Assembly (NCBI GenBank): GCA_022821725.1
Contig: JAJEDB010000129.1
Span: 7,914-71,913, forward strand
Length of the DNA: 64,000 bases
Direction of reading: 5' to 3'
DNA from: Candidatus Poribacteria bacterium
GTDB lineage: Bacteria > Poribacteria > WGA-4E > WGA-3G
Numbering within the stretch: position 1 is the first letter of the stretch; every line of letters begins with the position of its first letter. A program made the position numbers and the translations under genes. The notes below the pieces were generated by a model that was not told the DNA's origin, did no database searches, and saw only the letters and a list, made by a program, of their open reading frames with translations. Shown here in pieces: positions 35,180 to 45,408 of the stretch.

Positions 35180-36640
35180 CTAACCTTCCTCCGAGAAAAC
35201 TGCGTCATGCTCCAAAATAGGGCATAGGTCGCAGAGCCGATCAGCACAGTAGTTTTTATAGAGACGGATCATGCCTTGTTCAATTTTAGCAGTCGGTTTC
35301 AGAAGACGCATTTGCTGCGCCTCTGTGAAAATCTGTTTATCAATTTTCCGGATAATCTGGTTGCCTGTTGACTTGGAGGCGACACTGTAAAGTCTTAGGA
35401 GTCCGTCCTGTAATTTCTGACTATTCGCTTCAATTGCCCAAACATAGGCGACGGGTAAGACTTTATTGACGATGATGTCTATAGCCCGAGGCTTTCCAAT
35501 CAGTCCTGCATTCTGAGTGCCGCCTGTCCCGAAGTTGGCGTGCTTTTCCCAGTAGCCGATGGGTTCAATCATCAGTAGATTTGTTAACTCTTTTTCGATA
35601 GCGCGTAACGACGTTCGCGTATCCGCAGCCACAGCCTTTTCACATGTCGGCAGAAAATACATCATCAGACTGCCTTGTGAACGATGGATCAACTGGCTTA
35701 TCGCGGCAATGCGTCGGGTAGGATAGTTCAGAGGTCTCCCGGTAAAACTCCAGCGTGCTTCTGTCATGCGTGATGGAAGTTCAGCATACTCCGACCCACG
35801 CCACAACGCTTCTAACGCTGTAACACTCGGATCCGCTGTTACTTCCGGGGGTAGCGGTTTCTCCCTTTGTGAAGGTAAGAGTCCGGCGACTCCAAAAAGG
35901 ATCGCCTGAATCTCCAGTTCAGATTTCTGATCGAGATCGGAGAGCGGGACGTGCTGCGCTAATTCTCTTAACGCCTTGCTGTTGCGTTCGTATCCCAACG
36001 CCTCCATGATCCCTTCGTAGAGAAGCTGCTCGAAATCAAGGCGCGTTCTTAACAAACGCATCGACTCCGTCTTTTCCAAAAAGCGTTCACGTCCTAAAGA
36101 TTCAAAGACCCCTTTCAGGACCTCTATATTGAGTTGTTTTCCCGTTACTCGACAAAGCCCATCCGCCGTTGTCGCGTCTCGGGTATCATCATGGAGATCG
36201 CCGGTATCCACGGCAATCCATTTCAGTAACTCCAACGTTGGAACGCGCTTGTTGTTCTGGAGCCGCGTTCGCAGATTGAAGTCGTCGTTAAAGAACACGG
36301 CATGTAAAATAACGCGGTTATATCTGGAATTGAGGTGATGTTTATGTGCATACCACTCCGAAGATTGGACATGAATCTCGACATCGCCGACATGGAGTTT
36401 TCCATTAATCTCAACTTCAGCGTGCATAAAGTCGGGACCTTCGTTATGATTCCAGATTCCAGGTTTTAGCACGCGAATCGCGCGTCTATCAATTGATGCC
36501 ATGTTGGTATCGAAAAAGCGTTGTTCATGCCACAATTTCTGAACGAAGGCTTCATCGATCTTATCGAGGTCAGGACTATAAGTCTCATCAATTTCTCTGA
36601 AAAGTTTAGAGAGGCGTTCAACTTCGACTCTGTCATCCAT
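35180..36640 (-). CDS. DUF2851 family protein
   Basis: 'FVQKLWHEQRF...IRVLKPGIWNHNEGPDFMHAEVEINGKLHVGDVEIHVQSSEWYAHKHHLNSRYNRVILHAVF' is the characteristic DUF2851 N-terminal signature. Start taken at M26 of the track ORF to avoid overlapping thiE. Confidence 0.75.
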   Translation of the reverse strand: MDDRVEVERLSKLFREIDETYSPDLDKIDEAFVQKLWHEQRFFDTNMASIDRRAIRVLKPGIWNHNEGPDFMHAEVEINGKLHVGDVEIHVQSSEWYAHKHHLNSRYNRVILHAVFFNDDFNLRTRLQNNKRVPTLELLKWIAVDTGDLHDDTRDATTADGLCRVTGKQLNIEVLKGVFESLGRERFLEKTESMRLLRTRLDFEQLLYEGIMEALGYERNSKALRELAQHVPLSDLDQKSELEIQAILFGVAGLLPSQREKPLPPEVTADPSVTALEALWRGSEYAELPSRMTEARWSFTGRPLNYPTRRIAAISQLIHRSQGSLMMYFLPTCEKAVAADTRTSLRAIEKELTNLLMIEPIGYWEKHANFGTGGTQNAGLIGKPRAIDIIVNKVLPVAYVWAIEANSQKLQDGLLRLYSVASKSTGNQIIRKIDKQIFTEAQQMRLLKPTAKIEQGMIRLYKNYCADRLCDLCPILEHDAVFSEEG

Positions 36641-36648
36641 ATTGTAAT

Positions 36649-37278
36649 CTACTTCGCCTCCTGAATTTCGTTCAGCAACGCCCGCGTTGCGACTTGTGGC
36701 TCCGGGTGGGCGCAAACAGCGGAAATTACGGCGATGCCGTGCGCCCCTGCCCGAATGACTTCACCTGCAGTTTGAATACCAATCCCGCCGATCGCAATAA
36801 CCGGACACGCCGCGATGTCGCACATTCGGCGGAGTCTCTCTAACCCTTTAGCCGTTTCCGCGTCTGGCTTTGAAGTGGTTCCATAGATAGGTCCAAACCC
36901 GATGTAGTCAGCCCCTTCTGAAATTGCGGCGAGTATTTTCTCTTCGGTTCGGGCAGATGCGCCAAGGATTGCCTCTGGCGATAGAATCCGTCTTCCGATA
37001 GAAACAGGCATATCGTCTTGCCCAAAGTGTGCCCCCGTCGCCCCAACAGCTAGGGCAATATCGGCTCTATCATTCACAATCAACGGCACAGTGTGTTTTG
37101 AACATACGGCTTGCATGGATTGTGCCATCGCTATTAATTCGCGCGTCGTCCCTTGTTTCTGCCGGAATTGCAGGGTATCTGCGCCGCCTTCGATTGCCAA
37201 CTCCGCCAATTCCGCGTGCGTAAATCGAGATTGTAGCGTCGTATCGGTGATGACGTGTAGAACGCCGATGTCTTTCAT
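36649..37278 (-). CDS. thiE: Thiamine-phosphate synthase
   Basis: 209 aa. 'LHVITD', 'GADTLQFRQK', 'LIVNDRADIALAVGATGAHFGQDD', 'DYIGFGPIYGTTSK', 'IAIGGI'. Confidence 0.9.
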   Translation of the reverse strand: MKDIGVLHVITDTTLQSRFTHAELAELAIEGGADTLQFRQKQGTTRELIAMAQSMQAVCSKHTVPLIVNDRADIALAVGATGAHFGQDDMPVSIGRRILSPEAILGASARTEEKILAAISEGADYIGFGPIYGTTSKPDAETAKGLERLRRMCDIAACPVIAIGGIGIQTAGEVIRAGAHGIAVISAVCAHPEPQVATRALLNEIQEAK

Positions 37279-37520
37279 GTTGGTATATCGCTCAAAATGT
37301 GGTAAATTATAATTATTGGTTGTCAGTTGTCGGTGCGGTGAATCAACGGTATGAAGCCCTTATGGGTTTCCCTGCCTCCGAAAAACCTTTCAGTTATCAG
37401 TTAAGAGGTTCTCGTTTAATGGCATCCTCTGGTAACTGATAACCGTTCCTTCGATACCCCTTAACTCTGACAGTCGATAGTCGATAACTAATTTAGTATA
37501 ACACATCTGGGAGACACTTT

Positions 37521-38156
37521 GTGAACAATTTATTATTTCAATCCGGAGATAAAGTGCTTTTTATCGGGGATAGCATTACAGACTGCGGACGGCGTGATGC
37601 CTACGCGCCATTGGGACACGGCTATGTCCGTAAAATAACCGAACTCATCACTGCGAAATACCCGGAACGTCGCATCACCTACGTCAACAAAGGTATTGGT
37701 GGGGATATCGTGGAAGGTTTGGAAAGCCGATGGGATATCGACGTGATTGACGAAAAACCGGAATGGCTTTCGGTGAAAATCGGCATCAACAATGCGAGTC
37801 GGCAGCACGCGGAAGGTGTTTCAACGGCAGACTATCTGCCGATGTGGGAGGACTGCTATCGACGGATTCTCACACGTGCGAAAACTGAATTAGATGCCGC
37901 ACTTTTTCTCTTTGAAATTTTCTACGTCGCAGAAGATGTTGAGGCACCGCGTCCACTGGACGTAGACGCTTACAACACAAGTATCCATAGACTCGCGGAA
38001 GAATTTGATGCCCGGTTGATTCCGACGAGTACCGCTTTTGAGAACGCGGTCGCTGCGCGTCCCGGTGCCCTCTGGACAACGCAAGACGGTGTCCATCCAA
38101 ATGCGGAGGGACATACATTGATGGCACTGGAATTTCTCAAACAAGCGGCGTGGTGA
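37521..38156 (+). CDS. SGNH/GDSL hydrolase family protein
   Basis: GTG start. Block I 'VLFIGDSITDCG', block III 'GINN', block V 'DGVHPN'. Confidence 0.8.
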   Translation: MNNLLFQSGDKVLFIGDSITDCGRRDAYAPLGHGYVRKITELITAKYPERRITYVNKGIGGDIVEGLESRWDIDVIDEKPEWLSVKIGINNASRQHAEGVSTADYLPMWEDCYRRILTRAKTELDAALFLFEIFYVAEDVEAPRPLDVDAYNTSIHRLAEEFDARLIPTSTAFENAVAARPGALWTTQDGVHPNAEGHTLMALEFLKQAAW

Positions 38157-38170
38157 ACGAGGAAGCGTAT

Positions 38171-39022
38171 CTATCGTCCCGATGATTTTTTCAATGCCTC
38201 AATTAACTCACGCTCGCGATGCGAGTTATATTCGGAGGCAAGTCGTTGTGCTTCGACGCGATTGCCCCAATAAAATTGGCATCCGATCAAGGAGATACTC
38301 GCACCGTCAACATAACGGCGTTCACGAATGGCATCGGCGACAAGATACATGAATGTTCCACCCAAAACTGCTGCAAAAATACCTTCTTTGACGCTGCCCA
38401 CATAGAGCTGCCCACTTCCGGGAACGATTGTGGACAACCATCCGGCTAATTGCGGCGATTTGTGTGGGAGCGGTGTCTTTTCAAAAAGCATGTTCGCCAA
38501 TCGACGCGCATTTTTTCCATGCGGTGCACCCGTTTGGAGGGTATCCATTCGCCGCAATTCCGCAATCGCCTTATTCCAATCGGATGTATGAACGTAACAC
38601 CAACCGCGCAGATAGTGCGCTGCTGCCACTACCTCTATATCTTCAGTCGAGTTCAGAAGTTCAAAGAGTGCCGTTCGTGCCAGTGAGTATTCACCATCAT
38701 CAAAATGGAGCTGCCCAATCATCAACTGGCTCCGAAACCGAAAAGGTGAATTCGGATAAACGGCTAAAAATTCACGAAACAGGTGTTCAGCACGTTCAGG
38801 TCGATTTTGGTAGTAATAACTCTGTGCGATCCGGTAATCCGCCACATCCCTGAATTCCGTGTCAGGTCGATAGAAGAGGAGGCGTTTGTATGCCAACCGT
38901 GCCGCCCGATAATCGCCCGATTCAAAAAGGTGTTCCGCATAACGATATTGTTGGATCGTCTCCTCGGTAGTCCCACCAGCCGCAAAGACTATAAGAGAGA
39001 TTAAAAAACTTGCAGTTATCAT
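38171..39022 (-). CDS. TPR-repeat protein with a C-terminal membrane segment (tandem paralog B)
   Basis: Signal/anchor, BamD/YbgF-like TPRs, then 'IVPGSGQLYVGSVKEGIFAAVLGGTFMYL'. Confidence 0.6.
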   Translation of the reverse strand: MITASFLISLIVFAAGGTTEETIQQYRYAEHLFESGDYRAARLAYKRLLFYRPDTEFRDVADYRIAQSYYYQNRPERAEHLFREFLAVYPNSPFRFRSQLMIGQLHFDDGEYSLARTALFELLNSTEDIEVVAAAHYLRGWCYVHTSDWNKAIAELRRMDTLQTGAPHGKNARRLANMLFEKTPLPHKSPQLAGWLSTIVPGSGQLYVGSVKEGIFAAVLGGTFMYLVADAIRERRYVDGASISLIGCQFYWGNRVEAQRLASEYNSHRERELIEALKKSSGR

Positions 39023-39023
39023 A

Positions 39024-39971
39024 TTAAAATCGATACTTCCATACGACTAATTCCATCTTGTCTCTTAGAGGCAATATTGCTCCGAATAACCCTGAACCCC
39101 GAATTTCCTGTTGAAGTCGATTCCGAAATTGTGCCTCGTGTCGGACGTTGAAGCCCCGCGCAGATTGAATACTCTGATAGATACCGTTTCCATAGAAAAA
39201 CAGACTCAGTACCCCGACAGGTATCGCAACTTCATAACGCTCTTGGTCGGCGTAATAGAAACTCGCACTCCCTAATACCACCATCCCCAGAAAGGTGTAA
39301 AGTCCGTCAGTCGTTCTCCCGGTATAAACCTGCCCGCTCCCCGGTACTAACGCTGAAAGCACACCAGCGACCGTCGGCGAACGGTGCGGAAGCGTATCAG
39401 CGTTTTTTATCCGCCGCGCCAATCTATCGCTCACTTCAGCGAAAGGCGTATCGGGATAGGTTGAATATACGTCGCTCCACACGCGACTCGCTTGTGTCCA
39501 TTCTCCCTTATCTGCATGGAGCATTCCAATTGTAAAGTGTGCGCGGGGTGCTAAACCGCTCTCCTGATGTTCTGAAAGGAAGCGTTTAAGGGATGCAAGC
39601 CCCTGCTCAGTATTGCCCGATAGCACATGACACTGCGCAATATTATTTTTCGCGCGTTCAACAAGAACACTTTTCGGATAGGTATCAATCAGAAGTTGGT
39701 AGGCGCGGATGGCGTTCTCCAATTTGCCTGCATTCTGGTAGGAGGCGGCAACACGGAACGCTATGAAATCAATTTGAGGGGCATCGGGATGTAAAAAGAG
39801 GAGTCGCTTATACTCGTGAGCGGCGTTGAGATAATCCCCTTCTTGGAAGAGTGAATCCGCAAAAGAGGCCTCTACAGCTTCAGCAGGTAACGGAAATGCA
39901 CATAAGAAAATAAGCGACACGGCACAAGCGACGCGCCCATATCGCTCTAAAAGGGAGAGAAAAATTTTCAT
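39024..39971 (-). CDS. TPR-repeat protein with a C-terminal membrane segment (tandem paralog A)
   Basis: Signal peptide, TPRs, then 'LVPGSGQVYTGRTTDGLYTFLGMVVLGSASFYY'. Same architecture as the downstream gene. Confidence 0.6.
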   Translation of the reverse strand: MKIFLSLLERYGRVACAVSLIFLCAFPLPAEAVEASFADSLFQEGDYLNAAHEYKRLLFLHPDAPQIDFIAFRVAASYQNAGKLENAIRAYQLLIDTYPKSVLVERAKNNIAQCHVLSGNTEQGLASLKRFLSEHQESGLAPRAHFTIGMLHADKGEWTQASRVWSDVYSTYPDTPFAEVSDRLARRIKNADTLPHRSPTVAGVLSALVPGSGQVYTGRTTDGLYTFLGMVVLGSASFYYADQERYEVAIPVGVLSLFFYGNGIYQSIQSARGFNVRHEAQFRNRLQQEIRGSGLFGAILPLRDKMELVVWKYRF

Positions 39972-40462
39972 TCGGTATCAAGTTGCTTTTGCACATGCTC
40001 CTTGCTAATTGCCCAAACGCTATTTCCGATATCTGTAAGGTATGGGGCAAATCGAGAATTCGCAATCTCGTTTTTGAAGCCATCGGGACCATAAACGTTG
40101 AAAAGGATGAGCGCGAAGGCTATAACAAGTCCACCAGAAACAATCCCAAAGCCGAGTCCGAGCAGATGGTTCATCCATCCCAAAACGCCGCTTTCGAGAA
40201 TCCGCTGAATCCGTTCAAAAAGAGAGTCCACGAGAATAGAGACGACCAGCACAATAGCAACAATGCTCAGCCACTTTGCCCAACTCGGATCTGTTACCAA
40301 CTTCTGGATAACTATCGCAAGTTGACTCCAAAATTGACAGGCAGTAAAGAACCCGATGCCAATGACGAATATACCCCATACACTTCGGGTGAAACCTGCC
40401 CGATAGCAACTTACACCCGCCAATCCAACAAGAATGAGAATACCGATATCGAGTTTGGTCAT
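39968..40462 (-). CDS. cvpA: CvpA family membrane protein
   Basis: 164 aa with four hydrophobic segments. N-terminus 'LDIGILILVGLAGVSCYRAGFTRSVWGIF' is CvpA-like. Its stop overlaps the next start. Confidence 0.65.
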   Translation of the reverse strand: MTKLDIGILILVGLAGVSCYRAGFTRSVWGIFVIGIGFFTACQFWSQLAIVIQKLVTDPSWAKWLSIVAIVLVVSILVDSLFERIQRILESGVLGWMNHLLGLGFGIVSGGLVIAFALILFNVYGPDGFKNEIANSRFAPYLTDIGNSVWAISKEHVQKQLDTE

Positions 40463-40566
40463 CTTTTTAACTATGCGCCTTGGTGATCAGCAATCGGCGA
40501 TCAGAAGGCGGGGTTGTAAAACCTGTAGCCCGTAATGGAAGGGAGGGGTGTTTTTGCAAGGAAACA

Positions 40567-41637
40567 TTAAAAAACTGGGTTGGGTATCTGTTCGCTCTGT
40601 TGCAGAAAAAGGATCTCTGTCAGATTGCACCCAAAGACGTGTTCAATTGCAATCGCTATCGGAGTACCGTTGCCTAACTGGTGAAGCAGCTTGCGAATTT
40701 TGGGGAAACCGAACTGCTGGATGAGAAATTCCGCGACTGCAGTGGATTGGATATACGCCAACTTCCGATATTTTGTGGGAAGTTGGTTAAACGGTTTATT
40801 CAATAGCGCGAAGGGGAGTAAACGTTTCATCTGCCCTGCTTGCTGTAAGTCCCGGCGTTCAGATTTAAACATAGGTCGGGCAATGCTTTGTGCGAGTCCC
40901 TCATCAAGCCATACAGGACAATGCCCGTGTGCTACATGATGAATCAACAAGTGGACCCATTCATGTCGTAACAGCGCATATAAGATGCTGAGCACTGGCT
41001 CACCCGCTGCGCAGTATGCCAGACGGATGCCGCCGTCATAGCACCCACTCGCCCATCTTGGCATTGAATGTTGAGAGGTTGCACGTCCGTTCGTATTTGC
41101 AATCGATATAGAGACGGGTAAAGCGGGATAGTGCCCTAACATTTCCCCCAATTCCGAATAAGTTCGATAAATCAGGCGACAGATGTTCCAGATTGTCTGG
41201 GAGTTCATTTCGGAATGACACGTGAGATCGAAAAATTCGGAATGGACAACCTGTTTAGGGAACTTCGCGGGACAGAGTTGTAACTGTTCAAGGAATTGTA
41301 GAGGGGGAGGTTCGTTCAAGTCATCCAAAGAGATAAGTGTATTATAACACGCTTTCTCGTCAAGAATGCGTGCTTTCCGCCTAAGCGCCGTCGGCGAATC
41401 AGGACATAATCGCAAAGCGATGTCTAAGCACGCCAATGCCGTATCCCACTCTCCTACCATCTCGTATGCTTTTGCGAGGTCGGCATAGATATAGTGATGC
41501 TGTGCTGCCCCCAATTTCAAGCCAGCGAGATAGTGGTGGATCGCTTCAACATAACACGCCTGTCCATAACTAAGCGCTGCCTGTTGAAAATGTGATAATG
41601 CCAATGAATTGGTATGTCCAACGTGCACAACCTTCAT
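40567..41637 (-). CDS. TPR plus MA-clan zinc metallopeptidase-like protein
   Basis: N-terminal TPRs. 'LRHEWVHLLIHH' (HExxH) followed by 'WLDEGLAQSIA', as in peptidase MA family proteins. Confidence 0.6.
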   Translation of the reverse strand: MKVVHVGHTNSLALSHFQQAALSYGQACYVEAIHHYLAGLKLGAAQHHYIYADLAKAYEMVGEWDTALACLDIALRLCPDSPTALRRKARILDEKACYNTLISLDDLNEPPPLQFLEQLQLCPAKFPKQVVHSEFFDLTCHSEMNSQTIWNICRLIYRTYSELGEMLGHYPALPVSISIANTNGRATSQHSMPRWASGCYDGGIRLAYCAAGEPVLSILYALLRHEWVHLLIHHVAHGHCPVWLDEGLAQSIARPMFKSERRDLQQAGQMKRLLPFALLNKPFNQLPTKYRKLAYIQSTAVAEFLIQQFGFPKIRKLLHQLGNGTPIAIAIEHVFGCNLTEILFLQQSEQIPNPVF

Positions 41638-41701
41638 AAGGAACGGTGGTGCATTAAAGGTTTATCCCTCAATGCACAACGCAATCCCTCTCCCAGTAAA
41701 A

Positions 41702-42361
41702 TCATGACCGTTCAATATCAACGACCTTGAAACTAATTTTCCCACATTTCAGCGTAGAACCATCTTGAATACGGGTCGGTGCTTTAACGGGCGCGTTATC
41801 AAGGTAAGTCGTATCGGAACCCCCCAAATCCGTGACGTAGACCTCGTCATCCTTCTGCTCAAATCGGACGTGTATACGAGAAAGCGTCTGGATTGCGTCG
41901 TGGCGCTTTAGCAGCTCCGGGGATTCAACGGGTTGTTGTGTATCCCATTTCTGCAGGGTCTCCGCGTCAGGCAAAGATGCCCCCACCTGTGAGATTTCGG
42001 TATCTTCATTGCCCATCCCCTGCAGGCTATAACTGGGTTGCAGTTCGAGCCCTTCTACATCTACAGGCTCGGCTTCTACGGCTTCACCTCGAATTTCTGC
42101 CATCACACGTTCGCGGGCGCGTTGTTCGGCGCCGGGCGGCGGCATGACGTTCTCTCTCTCCTCAAAGCGGTAGTATGAGAAGTCTATTAATTGCTTCAAT
42201 GGCTGAAGGTCCGGAAAGTTGTTAATTTCCTTTAGAAGGCGTTTCTGCTTACGTGATAGCTTCTCATTTTTTAGCCAGCACGTATAAGCTTCCAACATCT
42301 CAGCCTTTTTCAAGTCATCTGCCGAGATGCCGGCCCTCCGCCATATCTTCCAGAAGCGCAT
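41702..42361 (-). CDS. FHA-domain protein (candidate sigma-factor regulator)
   Basis: 219 aa with GGAGG RBS. C-terminal FHA 'IHVRFEQKDDEVYVTDLGGSDTTYLDNAPVKAPTRIQDGSTLKCGKISFKV'. Lies directly downstream of the ECF sigma gene. Confidence 0.7.
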   Translation of the reverse strand: MRFWKIWRRAGISADDLKKAEMLEAYTCWLKNEKLSRKQKRLLKEINNFPDLQPLKQLIDFSYYRFEERENVMPPPGAEQRARERVMAEIRGEAVEAEPVDVEGLELQPSYSLQGMGNEDTEISQVGASLPDAETLQKWDTQQPVESPELLKRHDAIQTLSRIHVRFEQKDDEVYVTDLGGSDTTYLDNAPVKAPTRIQDGSTLKCGKISFKVVDIERS

Positions 42362-42376
42362 GAATTAATCCTCCAA

Positions 42377-42991
42377 TTAATATATCCACTGAATGCCTTT
42401 TGCAATCAGAATCTTCCGCAATTCTTCCGTGCACCGAAAAATCCAGATTTTCACAGTGCCATCCTTGCGGTTGAGAATGCGGGCAATCTCTGCGATACTA
42501 TAGCCTTCTAAGTGCCGTAACATCCACGCAATCCGATGATTTGGTTTCGTTACCTGTTCAAGGGCACTCTCCAAAATCTGTTGCGCTTCCGAGGCTTCTA
42601 ATTCTTGTTCGGGTCCCGGACGCGGGTCTTCGTATTTACTCAGCGGTTGTTCATCCTCATCGGGTGAACCACTGAGCGGGTGTTCCCGAATCCTGTCCCG
42701 CTTCCGTATCGCATCGATAATTGTATTTCGCGCTACCGTATTTAACCATGCCTGAAAACTACCTTGCTCCGTGTCCCATTTGCCCAGCTTCTGCCAAACT
42801 TTGACGAACACATCGGAGGCAACTTCTTCAGCATCTTGATAATTTCCAAGCATTCGGTAGGCTTTATTATAAACCCACTTATAATGCTTGTCGAACAATT
42901 GCCTAAACGCGGCTTCGTTGCCTGCTTTCGCTTGCGTCGCGAGATAGGTATCTTCGACAGCAGATAAGTCATTAGATATTTGGCGCGCCAT
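42377..42991 (-). CDS. ECF-type RNA polymerase sigma-70 family factor
   Basis: 204 aa. Region 2 'FRQLFDKHYKWVYNKAYRMLGNYQDAEEVASDVFVKVW', 'FQAWLNTVARNTIIDAIRK'. Region 4 'GYSIAEIARILNRKDGTVKIWIFR'. Confidence 0.85.
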   Translation of the reverse strand: MARQISNDLSAVEDTYLATQAKAGNEAAFRQLFDKHYKWVYNKAYRMLGNYQDAEEVASDVFVKVWQKLGKWDTEQGSFQAWLNTVARNTIIDAIRKRDRIREHPLSGSPDEDEQPLSKYEDPRPGPEQELEASEAQQILESALEQVTKPNHRIAWMLRHLEGYSIAEIARILNRKDGTVKIWIFRCTEELRKILIAKGIQWIY

Positions 42992-43253
42992 TCAAATCTG
43001 CTCCTTCGCCTATAAGGATCCTTTTCAGCAGGCTATGCAATGTAACGTTAATGAATCCTATAACGTTTCAAAAAAAGAAAAGAGTGGCACGCCTTGGAGA
43101 ATTAACGCGCTACTAACGTTCACTCATAGATTCATGAGAAAAGAGTTAATTTATTATATACTATTTTCACAAAATATGTCAAGAAAAAACAAGTTTTTTT
43201 TAAATTTATGGATAAATTAGCTGAATCCCGCCAAAACACGTACCTATAGCAGC

Positions 43254-43272
43254 AAAAAAACGCAAAATGCGT
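43254..43272 (-). terminator. Weak rho-independent terminator after prmC
   Basis: The minus strand reads ACGCA-TTT-TGCGT followed by T7, 2 nt after the prmC stop. Confidence 0.35.
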
Positions 43273-43274
43273 CT

Positions 43275-44153
43275 CTATGGGACGCTTGCCAGAACAATGC
43301 GTTCCTTCCCCGCATAGTCCTTGAACAGTTTATACGTGGCGTAGGCAGATTCAGCCTCAAGCAGCGTCCGAATCGTGTTGGCTTGTGTTGCACCGATTTC
43401 AAGGATCAGTTTTCCTGTGGGTGCGAGATATTTCGGTGCCTCAGCAATTAATCGACGAATAACGTCAAGCCCGTCATTTCCCGCAAAGAGAGCGATTTCC
43501 GGTTCATGGTCCCGGACATCCGGACGCAAGGTATCGCGCTCCGTATTTTTGATATAGGGCGGATTGCAGACTATCCAATCGAATTGTGCGTCTCCATTCG
43601 CACATATTGCCGCTACCGGCTCGAAGAGGTCTCCAGACAAAAACTTAATTTGCGCTGTGCAGGCGTGTATTTCAGCGTTCTTCCGAGCAACAGCGAGGGC
43701 AGATTCAGAGATGTCGGTTGCCACGATCTCCCACTCTGAGTGTTGGACCGCCAGACAGGTCGCAATTACACCGCTCCCTGTCCCAAGCTCGAGTAAACGT
43801 TGGAAATTTTCGGTTTCTGCTGTGAGGATCGTCTCAACGAGTTGTTCTGTTTCCGGGCGTGGAATGAGGACCCGTTCATCCACATAGAAATCCAAGGACA
43901 TAAACTCCTTGCGATTCGTGAGGTAACTCACAGGGGTGTGGGCGATTCTCTTTTTTATTAATTCTCGGAAGGGTGTGAGGTGTTCTTGAAAGACAGGCAT
44001 CTCAAAGTGGAGATAGAGCTGCAGGCGACTTTTTTTCAGCAAGTGCCCAAGCAATACTTCAGCATCTAATCTCGGATTTGGAATGCCGTGTTGCTGGAAG
44101 TACCCGGTTGTCCAATCGAGAAGATCCACTACGCTCCACATTTTACTCGGCAT
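43275..44153 (-). CDS. prmC: Release factor glutamine N5-methyltransferase
   Basis: 292 aa. 'LELGTGSG', 'IVCNPPYI'. Immediately downstream of prfA. Confidence 0.9.
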   Translation of the reverse strand: MPSKMWSVVDLLDWTTGYFQQHGIPNPRLDAEVLLGHLLKKSRLQLYLHFEMPVFQEHLTPFRELIKKRIAHTPVSYLTNRKEFMSLDFYVDERVLIPRPETEQLVETILTAETENFQRLLELGTGSGVIATCLAVQHSEWEIVATDISESALAVARKNAEIHACTAQIKFLSGDLFEPVAAICANGDAQFDWIVCNPPYIKNTERDTLRPDVRDHEPEIALFAGNDGLDVIRRLIAEAPKYLAPTGKLILEIGATQANTIRTLLEAESAYATYKLFKDYAGKERIVLASVP

Positions 44154-44179
44154 AGTTTCGTGTTCCTTAACTGGAGGCT

Positions 44180-45247
44180 TTAATCCTCTTTCAACCTTTC
44201 CGCTTGATCGGCAGTTGTGAGCCGTTCAATAAAGGTCTGTAGCGCACCATCTAAAACGGAATCAAGTTGATAGGAACTGAATTGGATCCGGTGATCAGTT
44301 ACCCGAGATTGTGGGAAATTATAGGTACGAATTTTTTCGCTTCTGTCGCCACTGCCAACCATAGACCTACGGGTTTCGGCTCTTTCAGTATTAAGTTCAG
44401 ATTGTTTCTGTTCTTGGAGGCGGGCCCGGAGAATCTTCATCGCCTTTGCACGATTTTTATGTTGAGACTTTTCGTCTTGGCATGTCACAACCAGTCCGGT
44501 TGGTAAGTAGGTAATCCGAATAGCGGAGTCGGTTGTGTTAACGCTTTGCCCACCGGGTCCCGAAGATCGGTAGGTATCAATACGTAATTCGGTTGCCTCA
44601 TCAATCGCCAAATCGAGTTCCTCCGCTTCAGGGAGCACCGCCACGGTGGCGGCAGATGTATGAATGCGTCCACTTGCTTCAGTGGCAGGAATTCGCTGTA
44701 CCCGATGTATACCGCCCTCAAATTTCAGTTGACTGTATGCGTTCTGTCCTACAATTGAGAAGACGACCTCTTTGAATCCTTTTAAGCCAGTTGCGTTTGA
44801 ACTGAGGAGTTCTAACTTCCAATTCTGACGTTCAGCATAGCGGGTGTACATCCGAAACAATTCGGCTGCGAAAAGACTGGCTTCCTCGCCACCGGTCCCC
44901 GCACGGATTTCGATGATGACGTTTTTCTCGTCGTTCGGATCTTTTGGAACCAGAAGCACCTTAAGTGCCTCAGTAAGTTGCTCTTTTTTCGCAGTGAGAA
45001 CGTCCAACTCTTCCTGTGCTAATCCGAGCATCTCCGCATCCGTTTCGGCTTCTATGAGAAGCAGCGTATCGTCAAGGGCAGATTCTAATTGCTGATATTC
45101 CTGATAGGTGGACACGATTGGTGAGAGTTCCGCGTGCGTTTTAGATAACTCCATTAATCGTTGTTGATTTGAAATTTGCGCCGGGTCTCCGAGTGCTTGT
45201 TCGACTTCAGCGTATCTGTTTTCAATATCCTTGAGTTTCTCAAACAT
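44180..45247 (-). CDS. prfA: Peptide chain release factor 1
   Basis: 355 aa. 'GPGGQSVNTT' (GGQ) and 'PATEASGRIHTS' (PxT-type RF1 tripeptide context). Confidence 0.95.
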   Translation of the reverse strand: MFEKLKDIENRYAEVEQALGDPAQISNQQRLMELSKTHAELSPIVSTYQEYQQLESALDDTLLLIEAETDAEMLGLAQEELDVLTAKKEQLTEALKVLLVPKDPNDEKNVIIEIRAGTGGEEASLFAAELFRMYTRYAERQNWKLELLSSNATGLKGFKEVVFSIVGQNAYSQLKFEGGIHRVQRIPATEASGRIHTSAATVAVLPEAEELDLAIDEATELRIDTYRSSGPGGQSVNTTDSAIRITYLPTGLVVTCQDEKSQHKNRAKAMKILRARLQEQKQSELNTERAETRRSMVGSGDRSEKIRTYNFPQSRVTDHRIQFSSYQLDSVLDGALQTFIERLTTADQAERLKED

Positions 45248-45408
45248 TTTTTAATTATTCCTTGCCGTTAAAGCAAGTGGATTTGGAAATGGACGTTTCT
45301 ATGTTGCACCCACGACACAGTTAGGCATTTCCCGCGCCTACTGTTACTAAGGCACGGGTATCCGTTCTTGGAACACCGATCAATAGACTTACCTGCGAAA
45401 CGATACCT

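Noticed and set aside
37279-37520. Expected TPP riboswitch upstream of thiE
   Set aside because: Reading both strands, I could not find the conserved CUGAGA / ACCUGAUCUGGAUAAUGCCAGCG-type core. The region instead contains repeat-type hairpins. A covariance-model search (Rfam RF00059) would be decisive.
44180-45247. Programmed +1 frameshift in the release factor gene
   Set aside because: The gene is RF1 (prfA: a single uninterrupted 355-aa frame next to prmC), not RF2. No internal in-frame stop or CUU-UGA slippery site is needed.
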